From contig JBBPEB010000032.1 of assembly GCA_039096225.1 (NCBI GenBank), forward strand, positions 868,001 to 932,000: a stretch of 64,000 bases of DNA, given 5' to 3'. The position numbers were made by a program, and so were the translations under genes. Numbering within the stretch: the first letter of the stretch is position 1; each line of letters starts with the position of its first letter. Origin of the DNA: Blastocystis sp. Blastoise (lineage: Eukaryota > Protista > Bigyra: Opalinata). Shown one piece after another: positions 26,650 to 39,305 of this stretch. The notes below the pieces were generated by a model, which saw nothing but the letters and a program-made list of their open reading frames with translations, was not told where the DNA came from and made no database searches.

Positions 26650-26878
26650 AAAAAAATATATAAATTAATTAACTGCACCACAAGGACAAACCTTTATTAT
26701 AAGGAGTATATCTCACTAATAAAGATGCAGAGGCCTATCTGTTATTTTAAATAAAAACAACAGAAAAAGAAGAATCTAAGATTCATATGAGTATAGAATG
26801 TCTATACATTTCAGGTTAGGGTAAAAAGCATACACATGTACACTTTCAGAGTTCCATTGAACCAATAGGCAACTTCCT
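26650..26878 (-). ncRNA. Candidate telomerase RNA (template ACCCUAACC for TTAGGG)
   Basis: Template at 26822-26814; 9-bp hairpin just 5' (26846-26825); GCCUAU/AUAGGC long-range stem (26870-26865 with 26738-26733); 3' stem CUGCAUC/GGUGCAG; T7 tract 26656-26650; TATATTAA ~20-26 nt upstream. Confidence 0.6.
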
Positions 26879-27154
26879 TTTTTTTCAAAAACAACTTAAT
26901 ATAGAGCCTAATCTGAAAAATGATTAGAAGTTTCATGTTTGTCGTTGAAATTATTAGAAGAATACTCTATTTAAATTACATAATAATACTCATTATTACG
27001 ATTAGCTAAATTTCTTCTAAATGTTTTGAAACTATAAAGGTAGTTTGATAAATAAAATAATAATAAGTCAACACTTTTTTCTTGAACATTATCAATGAGC
27101 ATTAAAGTTTTCTTGAGGTTCCTTGAAAACATAGCACAAGACCAAACAAATTGT

Positions 27155-27971
27155 TTAGAAGTAAATTTGTTGGACGGGACCCATGGAGGACTTAATGTAG
27201 AGGGTCTTAATATTTTGCCACTTCTTCTTAAGAAGAGAGACTAAGAAGTTGATGGAAAGATTGCAGTTAGATTTAAGTTCATCCTTAGTAAGATTAACGT
27301 GACCAACAGGGACGTTAAGACAAAGGACTTTCTTAAGTTGGAACTTAACAGTCTTGGAAATAGCATCAACCTTGGTAGCAGGATCTTCAACGGTGTTGAT
27401 GACAGAGGGGAATTTACCAGCCCTATATATTTATATATATATAAACAAATAATAGATTTATTATATATTAAATGAAATTATTGATGAAAAGCATATATAT
27501 ACTTGTTAAGACCAGGTCCCATTATACGAGGAAGCTTCTTGATGAGAGTATCAGAAGCAAGGAAGGAGTCGTACTTCTTGGCAAGCTTCTTGATGAGCTT
27601 CTTGTTCTTGTTAAGAGCAGTGATTTCTTCAACATTCATACAAGGAATGTTTTCTTTCTTACATAAATCTTGATGCTTTTCATTAACGAAAACACAAACG
27701 TTAAGATGAGCACGGGTAGGACAAGGAAGAACGAAAGAACCAGCAAAACGCTTATCCTTAGTAGGATCGTATTGCTTTAACATAACTTGAAGTTCAACGG
27801 TTTCAACGAAGTGTCTCTTCTTACCTTGGACTTTGGTTCCATCAATATCAACTTGCTTACCAGCAGAGTAATCAAGGATGGTTTGAACGGCCTTTTCTAA
27901 AACGTCACTAGGAACTTTGCTACTATATACAGACTATAAACAAATAACAATTAGCATAATACATACCTCAT
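27155..27971 (-). CDS. RPL10A: 60S ribosomal protein uL1/L10a
   Basis: FVETVELQVMLKQYDPTKDKRFAG, LPRIMGPGLNKAGKFP, KFQLKKVLCL, LKKKWQNIKTLYIKSSMGP; two GT-AG introns. Confidence 0.98.
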
Positions 27972-28053
27972 TGTTCGAATATATACTCGAGAAAATGTCT
28001 ATATAATGTGAATTCCTAAATTTTATGGCAAAAAAAATTAGAAAAGTTTTCAA

Positions 28054-28061
28054 GGGGGTAA
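28054..28061 (-). promoter_or_regulatory. TTACCCCC candidate ribosomal-protein promoter element (RPL10A/RACK1 divergent promoter)
   Basis: Identical 8-mer 83 bp upstream of the RPL10A ATG and 82 bp upstream of the RPS17 ATG. Confidence 0.5.
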
Positions 28062-28281
28062 GCGGTTGCTCCATATATTTTTCTTGTATAAATTTTCCAA
28101 GCACTTTTTCGAACCACTCATTTGGACCTTCCACATTTTTATGATTAACAATTTTGTAGCTATATTAGTTTGTATTGACTTTGGTTTCAGAATAAACATA
28201 AGTAAGTATATATTAATATGGAATTCAACTTTATCGTGATACCTTTTTTTCCACAAACTCTAAATCTTGTTTTACATAAAC

Positions 28282-29265
28282 ATGTCTGCCCAATTTACTC
28301 TTCGTGGACACCTTAAGGGTCACAACGGCTGGGTTACCGCTCTTGCCACTACTGTTGAAGATCCCTCTCTTGTCGTCTCTGCTTCTCGTGATAAGACTAT
28401 CTTAGTCTGGAAGATTGATCCCCAAAACGCTGTTGAAGAAGATGCCGTCAATGGTCCTTCTTTCGGTACTGCTGTTAGATCCCTTCATGGTCATAGCCAC
28501 ATCGTTTCTGATGTTGCTGTTTCTAGAGATGGTAAATTCGCTCTTTCTAGTTCTTGGGATAAGACTCTTCGTCTTTGGAATCTTACCACTGGTAAGACTA
28601 CTAAGGTCTTCAACGGTCACACTAAGGATGTTCTTTCTGTCGCCTTCTCCCCTGATAACAGACATATTGTCTCTGCTGGTCGTGATAATCAAATTAAGAT
28701 CTGGAATACCGTTGGTGAATGTAAATACACTTTAAGTGAAAACGGTCACAACGATTGGGTCAACTGTGTTAGATTCAGCCCTGCTTTATCTGCCAATGAA
28801 CTCCAAATTGTTTCTTGTTCCGTTGATAAACTCGTCAAGGTTTGGAACATGGAAAACTACAAGCTTACCAGCAATCTTGTTGGTCATGAAGGTTATGTCA
28901 ACTGTGTTGCCGTTTCTCCTGATGGTTCCCTCTGTGCCTCTGGTGGTAAGGATGGTAAGATCATTCTTTGGGACTTAATTGAAGGTCAAAAACTCTATGA
29001 ATTAGATGCTGGTGATTGTATTGAATCTATTGTTTTCTCTCCTTCTCGTTATTGGTTATGTTCTTCTACCACCAAATCCATTAAGGTTTGGGATCTTGAA
29101 AAGAAGAAGGAAATTGAAGAAATCATTCCTGCTTTCCCTGAAATGAGTAAGCACGCTACTGTTCCTTATGCTGTCTCTCTTGCTTGGACTGCTGATGGTA
29201 ACACCCTTCTCTCTGGTTACACCGATAACATCATCCGTGCTTGGGGTTACACCAGTACTGATTAA
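28282..29265 (+). CDS. RACK1: RACK1/Asc1 WD40 ribosomal protein, intronless
   Basis: [72 protein letters not shown]. Confidence 0.98.
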   Translation: MSAQFTLRGHLKGHNGWVTALATTVEDPSLVVSASRDKTILVWKIDPQNAVEEDAVNGPSFGTAVRSLHGHSHIVSDVAVSRDGKFALSSSWDKTLRLWNLTTGKTTKVFNGHTKDVLSVAFSPDNRHIVSAGRDNQIKIWNTVGECKYTLSENGHNDWVNCVRFSPALSANELQIVSCSVDKLVKVWNMENYKLTSNLVGHEGYVNCVAVSPDGSLCASGGKDGKIILWDLIEGQKLYELDAGDCIESIVFSPSRYWLCSSTTKSIKVWDLEKKKEIEEIIPAFPEMSKHATVPYAVSLAWTADGNTLLSGYTDNIIRAWGYTSTD

Positions 29266-29546
29266 ACTCTATGATCTTTAAGGATCTAGGCAGAAATACC
29301 AAAGTCTACAACAATTTAAAAAATGTAAGTGTTTTGTTTTATCTTTAAAAAGAATATTAAATAAAAGGAGTTTATCCTATTGTAAAAACAAAAACGATTG
29401 TTTTTTTTTTTATTATTATTATTATTTTCAATGAATATAAACTAGACAAATGAACATATGTTTTAATAAAAATATAATAATAAGAATCGATCTATCCCTA
29501 TAGTATCGATAAAAGAAATAAAGGTACACCTTTTTTTGTTTTCATT

Positions 29547-30161
29547 TTATTTATGTGTGAAGACGGCCATCCCAAAGTGTTCATCATGTGTCTTATCAAA
29601 ATCAGGAGGAGCTTGTAATCTATAGAAAATATAGGGAAAATATTATTATATATATTATTTTATATATATATACAAATCAGATAAAATAAATTGCCGTTTA
29701 ATAGCTTTTTGAATGTCTTTTTGTTCTCGTGGATCGAGCCAATGTCTCATTATAAGAATACCTTTCGGTTTAATTTGATTCTTCAACTATATAGAAGAAT
29801 ATATATAATAATAATCTTTATATGTTAAATATTAGTATATATATTGGTAATAAATTATAATATAAATATAAATAGTTACCCAATTAATGAGTTTTAAAGG
29901 TTTATCTGAATGAATAATAACTGTATCAAACATATCATCCAATTGATAAAAGAAATTAGTGTCGATTTTATTGTCATTTCCTTTCTCGATACAGGCGACT
30001 TCTGCCTTTAAACCCGATGATTGAAATCGTTTATGAGTACGTCTAGAGAATAGAAGGGATAGGAGGAAATATAGCTAATATCATATAGAGTAGAAGAATT
30101 AGTATACTGTATTCAATAGATTAGATATACATATATATTATAAAGAAATTTAGAATAGCAT

Positions 30162-30209
<48 letters not shown>

Positions 30210-31059
30210 CAATATACTGACAGCTATCTTGTCCTATCACCACTACCAAAAGCGCCTCACAGTAGGGTTCTAGAAGACCCAGAATATCTCCTTCAGATAT
30301 AAGAAGGCATGCTATAGAGGATGATTTATATATATATAAATATATTATTAATCATAATTATGTTAATTATGGTATAATGAACAGAGAAATATAATCATAA
30401 TCATAATTTTATTATAATCATAATTATAATTTTATTATAATCATAATTATAATTTTATTATAATCATAATTATAAAGATATAAACAATATAAGTAGCATA
30501 ATAATCATAATAAAGAATATATAAAATCATGAATATAATGCATACAGTTATGTTGAATAGGAAGTATATATTTTTGAATCATATGAAGTTCTGTTTCATA
30601 ATAACTATCATCATAATACCCTTCAACTAAATGAGGAACCAAACTGATACGGGATTTATATTGAACTATATAATGTATAATATACATTTAGATACAATGA
30701 TATATATTTGTATAAAATAGAAAACAAGAAACTAGATGATAAACATATTGAAATAAAATTATAATAATAGATATAGATATATATATTATATCATGAATCT
30801 ATACCAAGAGAGATTTCTGCTAATTGTACAAAATGACTATAGGGGCAGCATTCCTTCTCCATCAGATCTCTGTTCCATTGACGGTCTGGAGTTTCCCGCT
30901 TTAATCCGGACCGATTTCCCTCCTTTGACAGTAAATGGGCACAATGAACTATATATATATGTATATATATACTTATATATATATAAATATGTACAATTAA
31001 CTAGTAATGAAAATAGATATATATAAGTTTTAATATACATATAAATAATGTATGAATTC

Positions 31060-31113
<54 letters not shown>

Positions 31114-32522
31114 CAAAATATTTGATACATACAAAGCATATATATAAAACTAAGTACAAAAGTATTATAAAAAAACATTAATAAATAGTATAGATATAAT
31201 ATAATATTAAATATATATAATAAAAGAAATACCAGTATTTGTAGCGTCAATAAGTACAATATCTTTCCGTAAATATGCATATTGAATAAGCCAAATATCA
31301 TAGCCAGATCTTCCGATAACGAAGTCAGGAATATCAGACAAAGAAAGAGTAGCTCGAGTTACTATCTGATAATCCTGGGAATATAGATAAGATAGAGAAG
31401 AATTGTTAACATGAATTATCATGGAATAGGATAAGATTTATTATAATACATAATATATATAAATAGAAAGGTATTCATAATTATATCAATATATTGTATT
31501 ATTAATAAGTATGTATGATATATGAGAAGGATAGTGCAATAGTAATATGAATATCAATAGATATATACAATAGCAGAATCCCAATATCGATGTCCTCTTA
31601 AGAGCATAGAAGTAACAAACGTTATTGGATCCAAAGAGACGGTATATATATCAGTAGCGTCCAGTGTATGCTGGACATTAGTTCGCTGACCTACTATGAG
31701 AACCTATATAATAATATAATAAAAATTATTATTATTATATAATAAGAATAATAATAAATATATAATAATAATAATAAGTATAATAATAATAAGTTACTAT
31801 TATATATATTATTTACATTATAAAAATAATCTATAAGAATCAAATGAGTTAATAAAAAGATAAAATAAACAATCTAAACAATAAATATCTTATTTACCTT
31901 TGGTTTTATTTTATGTAATTCAATATCATTTCGAACAGCATATAAACTAGATATCAACATATTATCAAATAATATATCTGCATTGACATATCCATAAAAA
32001 TAAGATTCAAAAAGATCGAAAGCATCCTGATACATTCCCTTTAAAAATGGAGTTCCAAAAGAATTCTTTCTATGTACATCACATACAATTATGTTATTGT
32101 TTTACTACATATACTTTATTTTTTGAACAACCTCTAAATTAAGTGACTTTGAAAATTGAATCCAATATTTATATTCTGTAAATACAATGACATTAGTATC
32201 ATTTAATTTTGATAGCAACCTTAAACTATTTTCTTGTGCCAGTTTTCGCAACGGATCATCCTTGAATAATAAATGTATATATAATTATAAATAAACAACT
32301 TACATCGGCAGGCATCACTGTAGTAAAAATTGTAAGTAACTTTTTACCATTTCTATTTTTCCTCACTGATGTTCCACGTATCGAAGTAGCTTCTTTTTTC
32401 AACTTTAATAAGAATCCGACATAAAATGTAATGAAGAACAATAAGAAAAAGAAAATCATCCATAAAATAATCCTCTTTGTTGTGCATCTACCTTTCTTAG
32501 ATACTTTATAAGATGATAACAT
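29547..32522 (-). CDS. Type II membrane GT-A glycosyltransferase-like protein with C-terminal methyltransferase-like domain
   Basis: N-terminal TM; LLTIFTT, GTPFLKGMY, FYGYVNADILF (DxD-like), VLIVGQRTNV, PDFVIGRSGYDIWL; C-terminal FDTVII...IKPKGILIM. Confidence 0.75.
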
Positions 32523-33421
32523 AAAAGGAATATCGATCTAAAAAAAGAAAACACATGAAAGTCCATTGTTTTCCATTTTGTATATAATTTTAAAGTTTTA
32601 TTTAAAAATAGATTTAATATAAAATTGAAAAAAATAATATTTGCTTCTATCTTAGTTAGTATAACAAGATTATCTTATGAATAGCTATCTTTTTATTATA
32701 ATGGACAAGCATGAAATCATGTATTGTCTTAATATTCACTGCAAAAGTATAGCGTATTTATACTAGACTAATGTGTGATAAAAATATATTATTTCCAGCT
32801 AATAAAAACTCATTATGATCGTTGAATTACTCATTTCATTTCTTATTCCAGTTTTTGATAATTAAAAGGAATTCAATTTTTATATATACATAAAACATAA
32901 AACTTAAAGCTAACAAGTAAATTAGTTTCAAAGAAAAGACACAAATTTCATTGAAAAATAGTTTGATACATTCACTTATGTATAATAAAAATATTATCTT
33001 AGTTAACTTTTCTCTAAATTCCATAAAAAAGTCAATTATATCACACACAGACATGGTCAAATTTTCAAATACTTTTGTTGAATTGATTTTTTTTATTTAT
33101 CTAACTTTAACAGTCTCAATATGACTGAATAATAATGGACTAAAATAGAAGACTCAAAAATAGATGAGATCAAAAGAAAAGAAGATTTTATGAGCGGTAT
33201 TTTTTGGAGGGAATGGAATACAAATTTGGATCAATTCAGCGAATTATTGCGGGAATAAACTCGAATCATTCCTTCCCCAAAAGAGACTGAAAACCATAAT
33301 TATAGTGTACAAGAATAACCTCCTTTATTATTTAAAAAGAAGTGCATTTGACTTGTTGTTTTTAAGGTTTTATTGAATATTTTTGGTGTCTATTTGCTGA
33401 TAAGTAGTAGTATAACCAAGA

Positions 33422-34468
33422 ATGGAAGAAAATCAAGTGAGTTCATTGGCGCCCTTGTTGTTTTATTTTCTTTATAGGTACACATAGATCCTCTCTTAGT
33501 GACGAGTGATGGTACAAGTGCCCAAGAAGATCTTGCTGCAAAGAAAATTGTTGCTCAACCGTTAAGTGAAGCGAATTTAAATGATAAAAAGATCTCTGAG
33601 ATTCAAAAGAAGCGACGTTTTGTTCCGATGACTTATGTAAGAGCTCCTGGTCGTGAAAGTGAACAACAGGGAATCGTTTCATTAAAGAATATTGCAAAGC
33701 ATGTGGCTGCTGCAATAACTCAAAAGATAAATGTTCAAGAACAAAAAGAAGATGAAACGAAATCATGTGAGAAAACTTGTCAAAGTGAATCGGATACGGT
33801 TCCAATAGAGGTGAAATCGAATTTGAATGAAAAAGATAGTCAGACTAATGTATGTAAGCCATTATCAACAGATAACTCTAATAATTCAGAAAATACACAA
33901 GTAAATATTTGATGTGTTTTAAATTAAGATTTATTTTTGTGTTTATTTTAAATTATTATACTTTATCCTATGACTGTATATGTTTTAGCAGGTTATGAAT
34001 ACATTTTATATACATGATATTGATTCTACTTTTGATGGAGATTCCCGCTTCTTTTCAAAATACGCGGCATCCATCTATAGACATTATCGTAGTATTGAAG
34101 TATATATATTATTATTATTATTAGAATTATAAGAATATATATATATATATAGGCTGAATATCTTCCCCGTGAAAATTATTTAAAAGATATTCAACCCAAA
34201 TTACAACCTCATGTATATATATATAATTATAATACTTTTAATTGATTCATTTTATTATTATTATTATATATGTTTATTATTATTATTATTATATATGTTT
34301 ATTATTATTATTATTATATATGTTTATTATTATTATTATATATGTTTATTATTATTATATATGTTATTATTATTATTATTATATATATATAGATGCGATC
34401 TGTTCTTATTGATTGGATTATTGAGATTATTAATGATTTTCACATTCGAAATGAAACTCTATTCTTAA

Positions 34469-34537
<69 letters not shown>

Positions 34538-35565
34538 TGAATTATATTGATCGATTTCTTAGTTTGAAACCTATAAATAGAAATCAGTTACAATTATTAG
34601 GATGTGCGTGTCTCTCTCTTGCCGCCAAATATGAAGAATGCTCCCCGCCAAGACTTAGTCGTATATATATAGATATATATACATATTATTATTGATATTG
34701 TTATTGTTATTGCTATTTATATATCGTCTTTTACTGAGAATCTTTTATTCTTATTACTACATTATAATTATTGTTTATATCTTATAATACTTATTATATC
34801 TTATTATACTTTATAACTTATCTAATTTATCTCACTTCATATTCTATAAATATATTTCTACTTGTTCTCTTCCTTTTTCTCTCTATAGAGATTATATATA
34901 TGACTGTGAATACATATACTATCCAGCAATTAAGAGATTATGAAGTAGAAGTTATGAACACACTTCAATTTAAATTCACAGCTCCCACTGCATATCGAAT
35001 GATGAAGCGATTCTTACTTGTCTCCATGGCCAAAATTGATGAAAGCTATCTAGCTATGGTATATATATCTATATTTATATAGTTATATATAGTTATATTC
35101 TATATATTTTATCTCTTCATTTTTTTTGAATATTCTAAATATGTATAGTTTATTCTTGAATTATCTCTTCTTCATTACCGGTTTATTCGTACATTACCCT
35201 CACTTTTGGCGGCATCCTCTCTCTATCTAGCTAGATCCATTCTTAATATTCAACCTGTTTGGGTATCTATATATATATATTATATATAAACCTAAATATA
35301 TACACCTATATATATAATCAATAATATAATAATATATTTATAATCTAGACGGATGCATTAATTGAACATACACAGTATACAGAAGATATATTAACACCTG
35401 TATATACACAACTTAAGGATATCTTCAATAATAAACCACAACCTGAATTATCCGTATATTCTTATTCCTATACTTATCATACTTATATAGTCAGTATATC
35501 GTAAATATCAAAAGAAAGAATATGCCTGTATAACAAATCGATTTACTAGTTATTCTTCAAAATAA
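33422..35565 (+). CDS. A/B-type cyclin
   Basis: Cyclin box MRSVLIDWIIEI...ETLFLTVNYIDRFLS...LQLLGCACLSLAAKYEE; FILELSLL, YLPSLLAASSL, VYRKY. Confidence 0.93.
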
Positions 35566-35778
35566 TACTTATATATCTGTTCCTTTTTAAATTTTCACTT
35601 TTCAAAAAAAAAAAAATTGTTATTATGTCCTATGAATAGTTTTGTTTATCAATATAGTATAAACTCTTATGCTTTTAAATAAATATATATTATATATACG
35701 ACATAATAATAAACTATAAATGATTAAACAAAACAACATGAAAAAGAGAAATTAATTGAACCGTTTTGAAAAAAACAT

Positions 35779-36537
35779 TTAGTTCTTCTTGTGCATAACA
35801 CGTCTCTATAAAAATAAGTGGATAATGATAAGATGTTAATATAATGAATACTATAAATCAATTATAACAAAGATAATAATAAATTAAAAAAAAAATTACA
35901 TACCTTGTTACCAAATCTTCTGGTTCTGAGACCTTGAATATCGAGCTTAAGACCCTTGACCATCTTTTCAGTGATAGGATCAATATCGATTTGTTCCTTA
36001 TCAAGGACGGAAACAGAAGGAACGAAATCTAAACGTCTTTCTCTTTCTTCTTCTTGAAGCTTAAGAGAGATACCACGGACGGGACCGGTTTGGATTCTCT
36101 TCATGAAGTGCTACAAATAATTTATAAATAGAATAATAGGAATACAATTTATAGATAAAGGGAAAGATCAATATAAGAATAAATGAAAAATAAAGTAAAA
36201 TAGACTTTGAGTGACGTAACCAGCAATCTTATTACGCATCTTCTTGGAAGGAACTTCAGTGACATCACTGGTTACCTTCTTGTTGTGTTCGAAATCGTTG
36301 GTAAGTCTTTGATAATACTTTTCGACAATAACGGCAGCGGTTTTCTTGACAGTCTTAGTACAGACACGACCCAATTGATAAGCAGTATTATAAGAAGTGT
36401 TGATAATTAAGAACGAATGAATTTCTTTTTAAAAAAGTAAATGATCATAAACAATTGCGTTATTTGATCATTTTAGTAGAGAAATCTCATTTCAAACAGA
36501 GTGATATTAACGTATAACTATTATAAATACATACCAT
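35779..36537 (-). CDS. RPS17: 40S ribosomal protein eS17
   Basis: [11 protein letters not shown]...NKIAGYVT|[31 protein letters not shown]; 4 exons, introns 1 and 2 with anomalous ends. Confidence 0.98.
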
Positions 36538-36618
36538 GTTGTTTAATGATCCGAATTAATTCCTCAAATTTATTATGGCTTTATAAGAAAAAAACCAAAA
36601 ATAAGAAAAAAAAGTAAT

Positions 36619-36626
36619 GGGGGTAA
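36619..36626 (-). promoter_or_regulatory. TTACCCCC element upstream of RPS17
   Basis: Same 8-mer and spacing as upstream of RPL10A. Confidence 0.5.
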
Positions 36627-37249
36627 ATTGTTGTATACAGGACAACTTGTAGTTATTTTTGAAATCAACCCCTGGATTTGTTTTTTATTTTTTTTTGGCT
36701 GAAAACCCTATTACCGCGAAAAAATTCTTTGTTTTACATAAAAACTAGAAAATAATCAAGAAATTTTCAATATGTTTTCTTATAAAGTTTTATCTTATTC
36801 TTGTGGGTATATAATCATAAATTGATAAACAAAAACGTATCTGAACTTGATATGGTTATTGAAAAAGATATGTATAATGATTAAGAAAAAGATTCATTGT
36901 AATTCATTTTAGATTTCCTTCATAAATATGGAAATTAGTATGTTTTATTGAAGTGTATAATAACAGAAAGCGGGTTTTATAATTAATTTAAAATTCGTTA
37001 TGAGAATGAAACATGGATAACTAATAACGAAACAATTAAAAGAGAAATCATATAGGACAATAGTTAGATATTGTATAGCGAATGAAAAGAAAAAAAGAAA
37101 TAAATTAAAATAGAATATACTTTATAGTACAAAAAAAACAAGAGAAAAAAAGAAAAAGAACCCAAGAGATATATATATAATATATATTTAAAAAAAGTAG
37201 GAAATAAAAAAATATAGACCATGAAGTTAGAATATTAAAAAAGAAAGAC

Positions 37250-38536
37250 TTAATTAAACATAGTAGGACTTGTAGCTGTATATTTAGAGACAGTATCTTG
37301 AAGAAGTGTATTATTTAGTGATTCAATAGAGAAAATAGAAGAATTACGTCTTCTTGTTTCTTCTCGAAGTAATTTGAATGAACAAGTAAGATCTTCACTA
37401 ATCATCATAATAGCTCCTGCATTTCGTTCACAACCACAATAATTAGGTGCTGAGAAAAGTGTCACTAATCGACGATCAAATTGAAATAAATATCCATCTA
37501 CACATTCATGAGCACGACAAATAAGATCAAAATCAAATCGATTCATAAATTCATCTACAATATCTTCTCCAAATAAATACGCAACATCTCTTGGAGAGGG
37601 TACCCATCCAACAACTTCATCTGAAGGATCGGACCATAGTAAATCAGCTAATAAACCGTCATCAGGTACAGAACAAGGACGTTGTATACTCGCTATACTA
37701 TTTAATGACTTTAATTCAGGAGATAAACCACCATGGACACAACTATAGAATCATAATCATTTCATATATTTTTATTTATAGAAATATAGTATATAAATAA
37801 AAATATATTATATATAAAATTATATTATATATAAAATTATATTATAAATAAAAAAAAATATATAATATTACAAAGAGTATGAAATAAATAAACAATAATA
37901 AACAATAATAAACAATAATAAATATAAATATCATCTATATATATATACAATATTTTATCACCTACAATAGCAGCTATAGGTAAACAATTAAAAAGTTCTT
38001 GAAAATGATGATATAATTTTAAGCCATAAAAAGTAGTACATTCTTTACGAAATCCACCACAATCATTCATATCACTTGATTCATGATTTCCTCGAAGTAA
38101 AAACACATTATCTGGATATAAAATTTTATAGCACATTAATAAACATAATACTTCAATTCCTCTGTCACATCGATCCACATAATCACCTAAAAATAAATAA
38201 TTATTCTCACCAGGATTCCCACCAATATCAAGTAATCTTAATAAATCACCAAATTGTCCATGAATATCACCAATGATATTAATTGGAACTGCTACACGCA
38301 AGAGAGAGGGCTGTTCTAAAAATATTTCTTTTGTCATGTCGATTAATGAATGAATATGATTTTCTGGTATTCTTGCCTATATATACATAAATCAAAATAG
38401 ATGTATAATGCAAACTATATACTCTCCAAGTCTTTGTATGATGCTTGCCTTCCAATAATCTAGCTATAAACTTATCTATATTAAATTCAGCCAAAGGAGG
38501 CATGATCGTTTTCGACACTTTCTTATCCTCATTCAT
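37250..38536 (-). CDS. Divergent PP1-type Ser/Thr phosphatase catalytic subunit
   Basis: GDIHGQ, GDYVDR, LRGNHE, CVHGGLSP, DLLWSDP, RAHE, LFSAPNYC. Confidence 0.93.
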
Positions 38537-39231
38537 TCTTCTAATTTATGCTCAAAATAGAAATAAAAGTTTTAAAGAATCTATTATAATTGAATCTTTT
38601 CTAAAGAGGAATAACGTTTTCTTATGTTTCCAGTCATTTTGGGGAATCTCCGTATTTACTCCTAAAAAATTCGTTTATTTACGAATATTTCTTTCATCGA
38701 ATTCGAGTCCTAAAACAACATTCTCTAGGAATCTTTTGAATTTTTTTATGTCATACATATATATAAATAAAGTTTAAAAGTCATATTAGAAAATGAAAAG
38801 TAGCTATACACATATATGATAATGAAACTGGTGACTTTTTAATCATTACACCAATATAATTAATCAATTGATTCGTTATAGTGATTTTTATATGAAAGAT
38901 TTTAACCTGATGATACCGAGATTTTATGAACGAAAATATGATTGACAAATTGAGTTTACAAATGAGAAATGTATATCAGAAACAAGTAGAAAAACATATT
39001 TTTATTATTTAGAATCATTATCTAGAATGAGCTAATTCATTTATCATACAAAATAAGAAAGCTATTTGTTAATTAATTAATATTTTTTCTTGATTCTATT
39101 CAATAATAGTTAATTCATTTCAAATATATTTTAATCAATTCAAGAATATAAATAATTATTGTTGAATTATAATAATAACTAATATGAATAAAATGAAAGT
39201 GTAAAAGACGATTTAATTGTATTATTTCATA

Positions 39232-39305
39232 TTATTTCTATTATTTTATATTATTTTATATTATTTTATATTATTTTATATTATTTTATATTATTTTATA
39301 TTATT
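39232..39305. repeat. 10-bp tandem repeat (TTATTTTATA)x~7
   Basis: Visible direct repeats. Confidence 0.85.

Noticed and set aside
26650-26878. RNase P/MRP, U3 or SRP identity for the structured intergenic RNA
   Set aside because: No P4 partner for GGAACUCUGA near the 3' end, and no box C/D or SRP helix-8 motifs recognised by eye.
27140-27157. Blastocystis-type stop codons created by polyadenylation (TGTTTG-like motif just after the RPL10A stop)
   Set aside because: Every complete gene reconstructed has a genomically encoded stop, and the motif is not consistently placed.
28402-28978. Overlapping or antisense ORFs within RACK1
   Set aside because: By-products of strong codon bias in a highly expressed gene.
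36111-36215. Canonical donor TAC|gtcact for RPS17 intron 2
   Set aside because: In frame but deletes the conserved VT of GYVTH; caaagt matches gtaagt with GT replaced by the next exon's CA.
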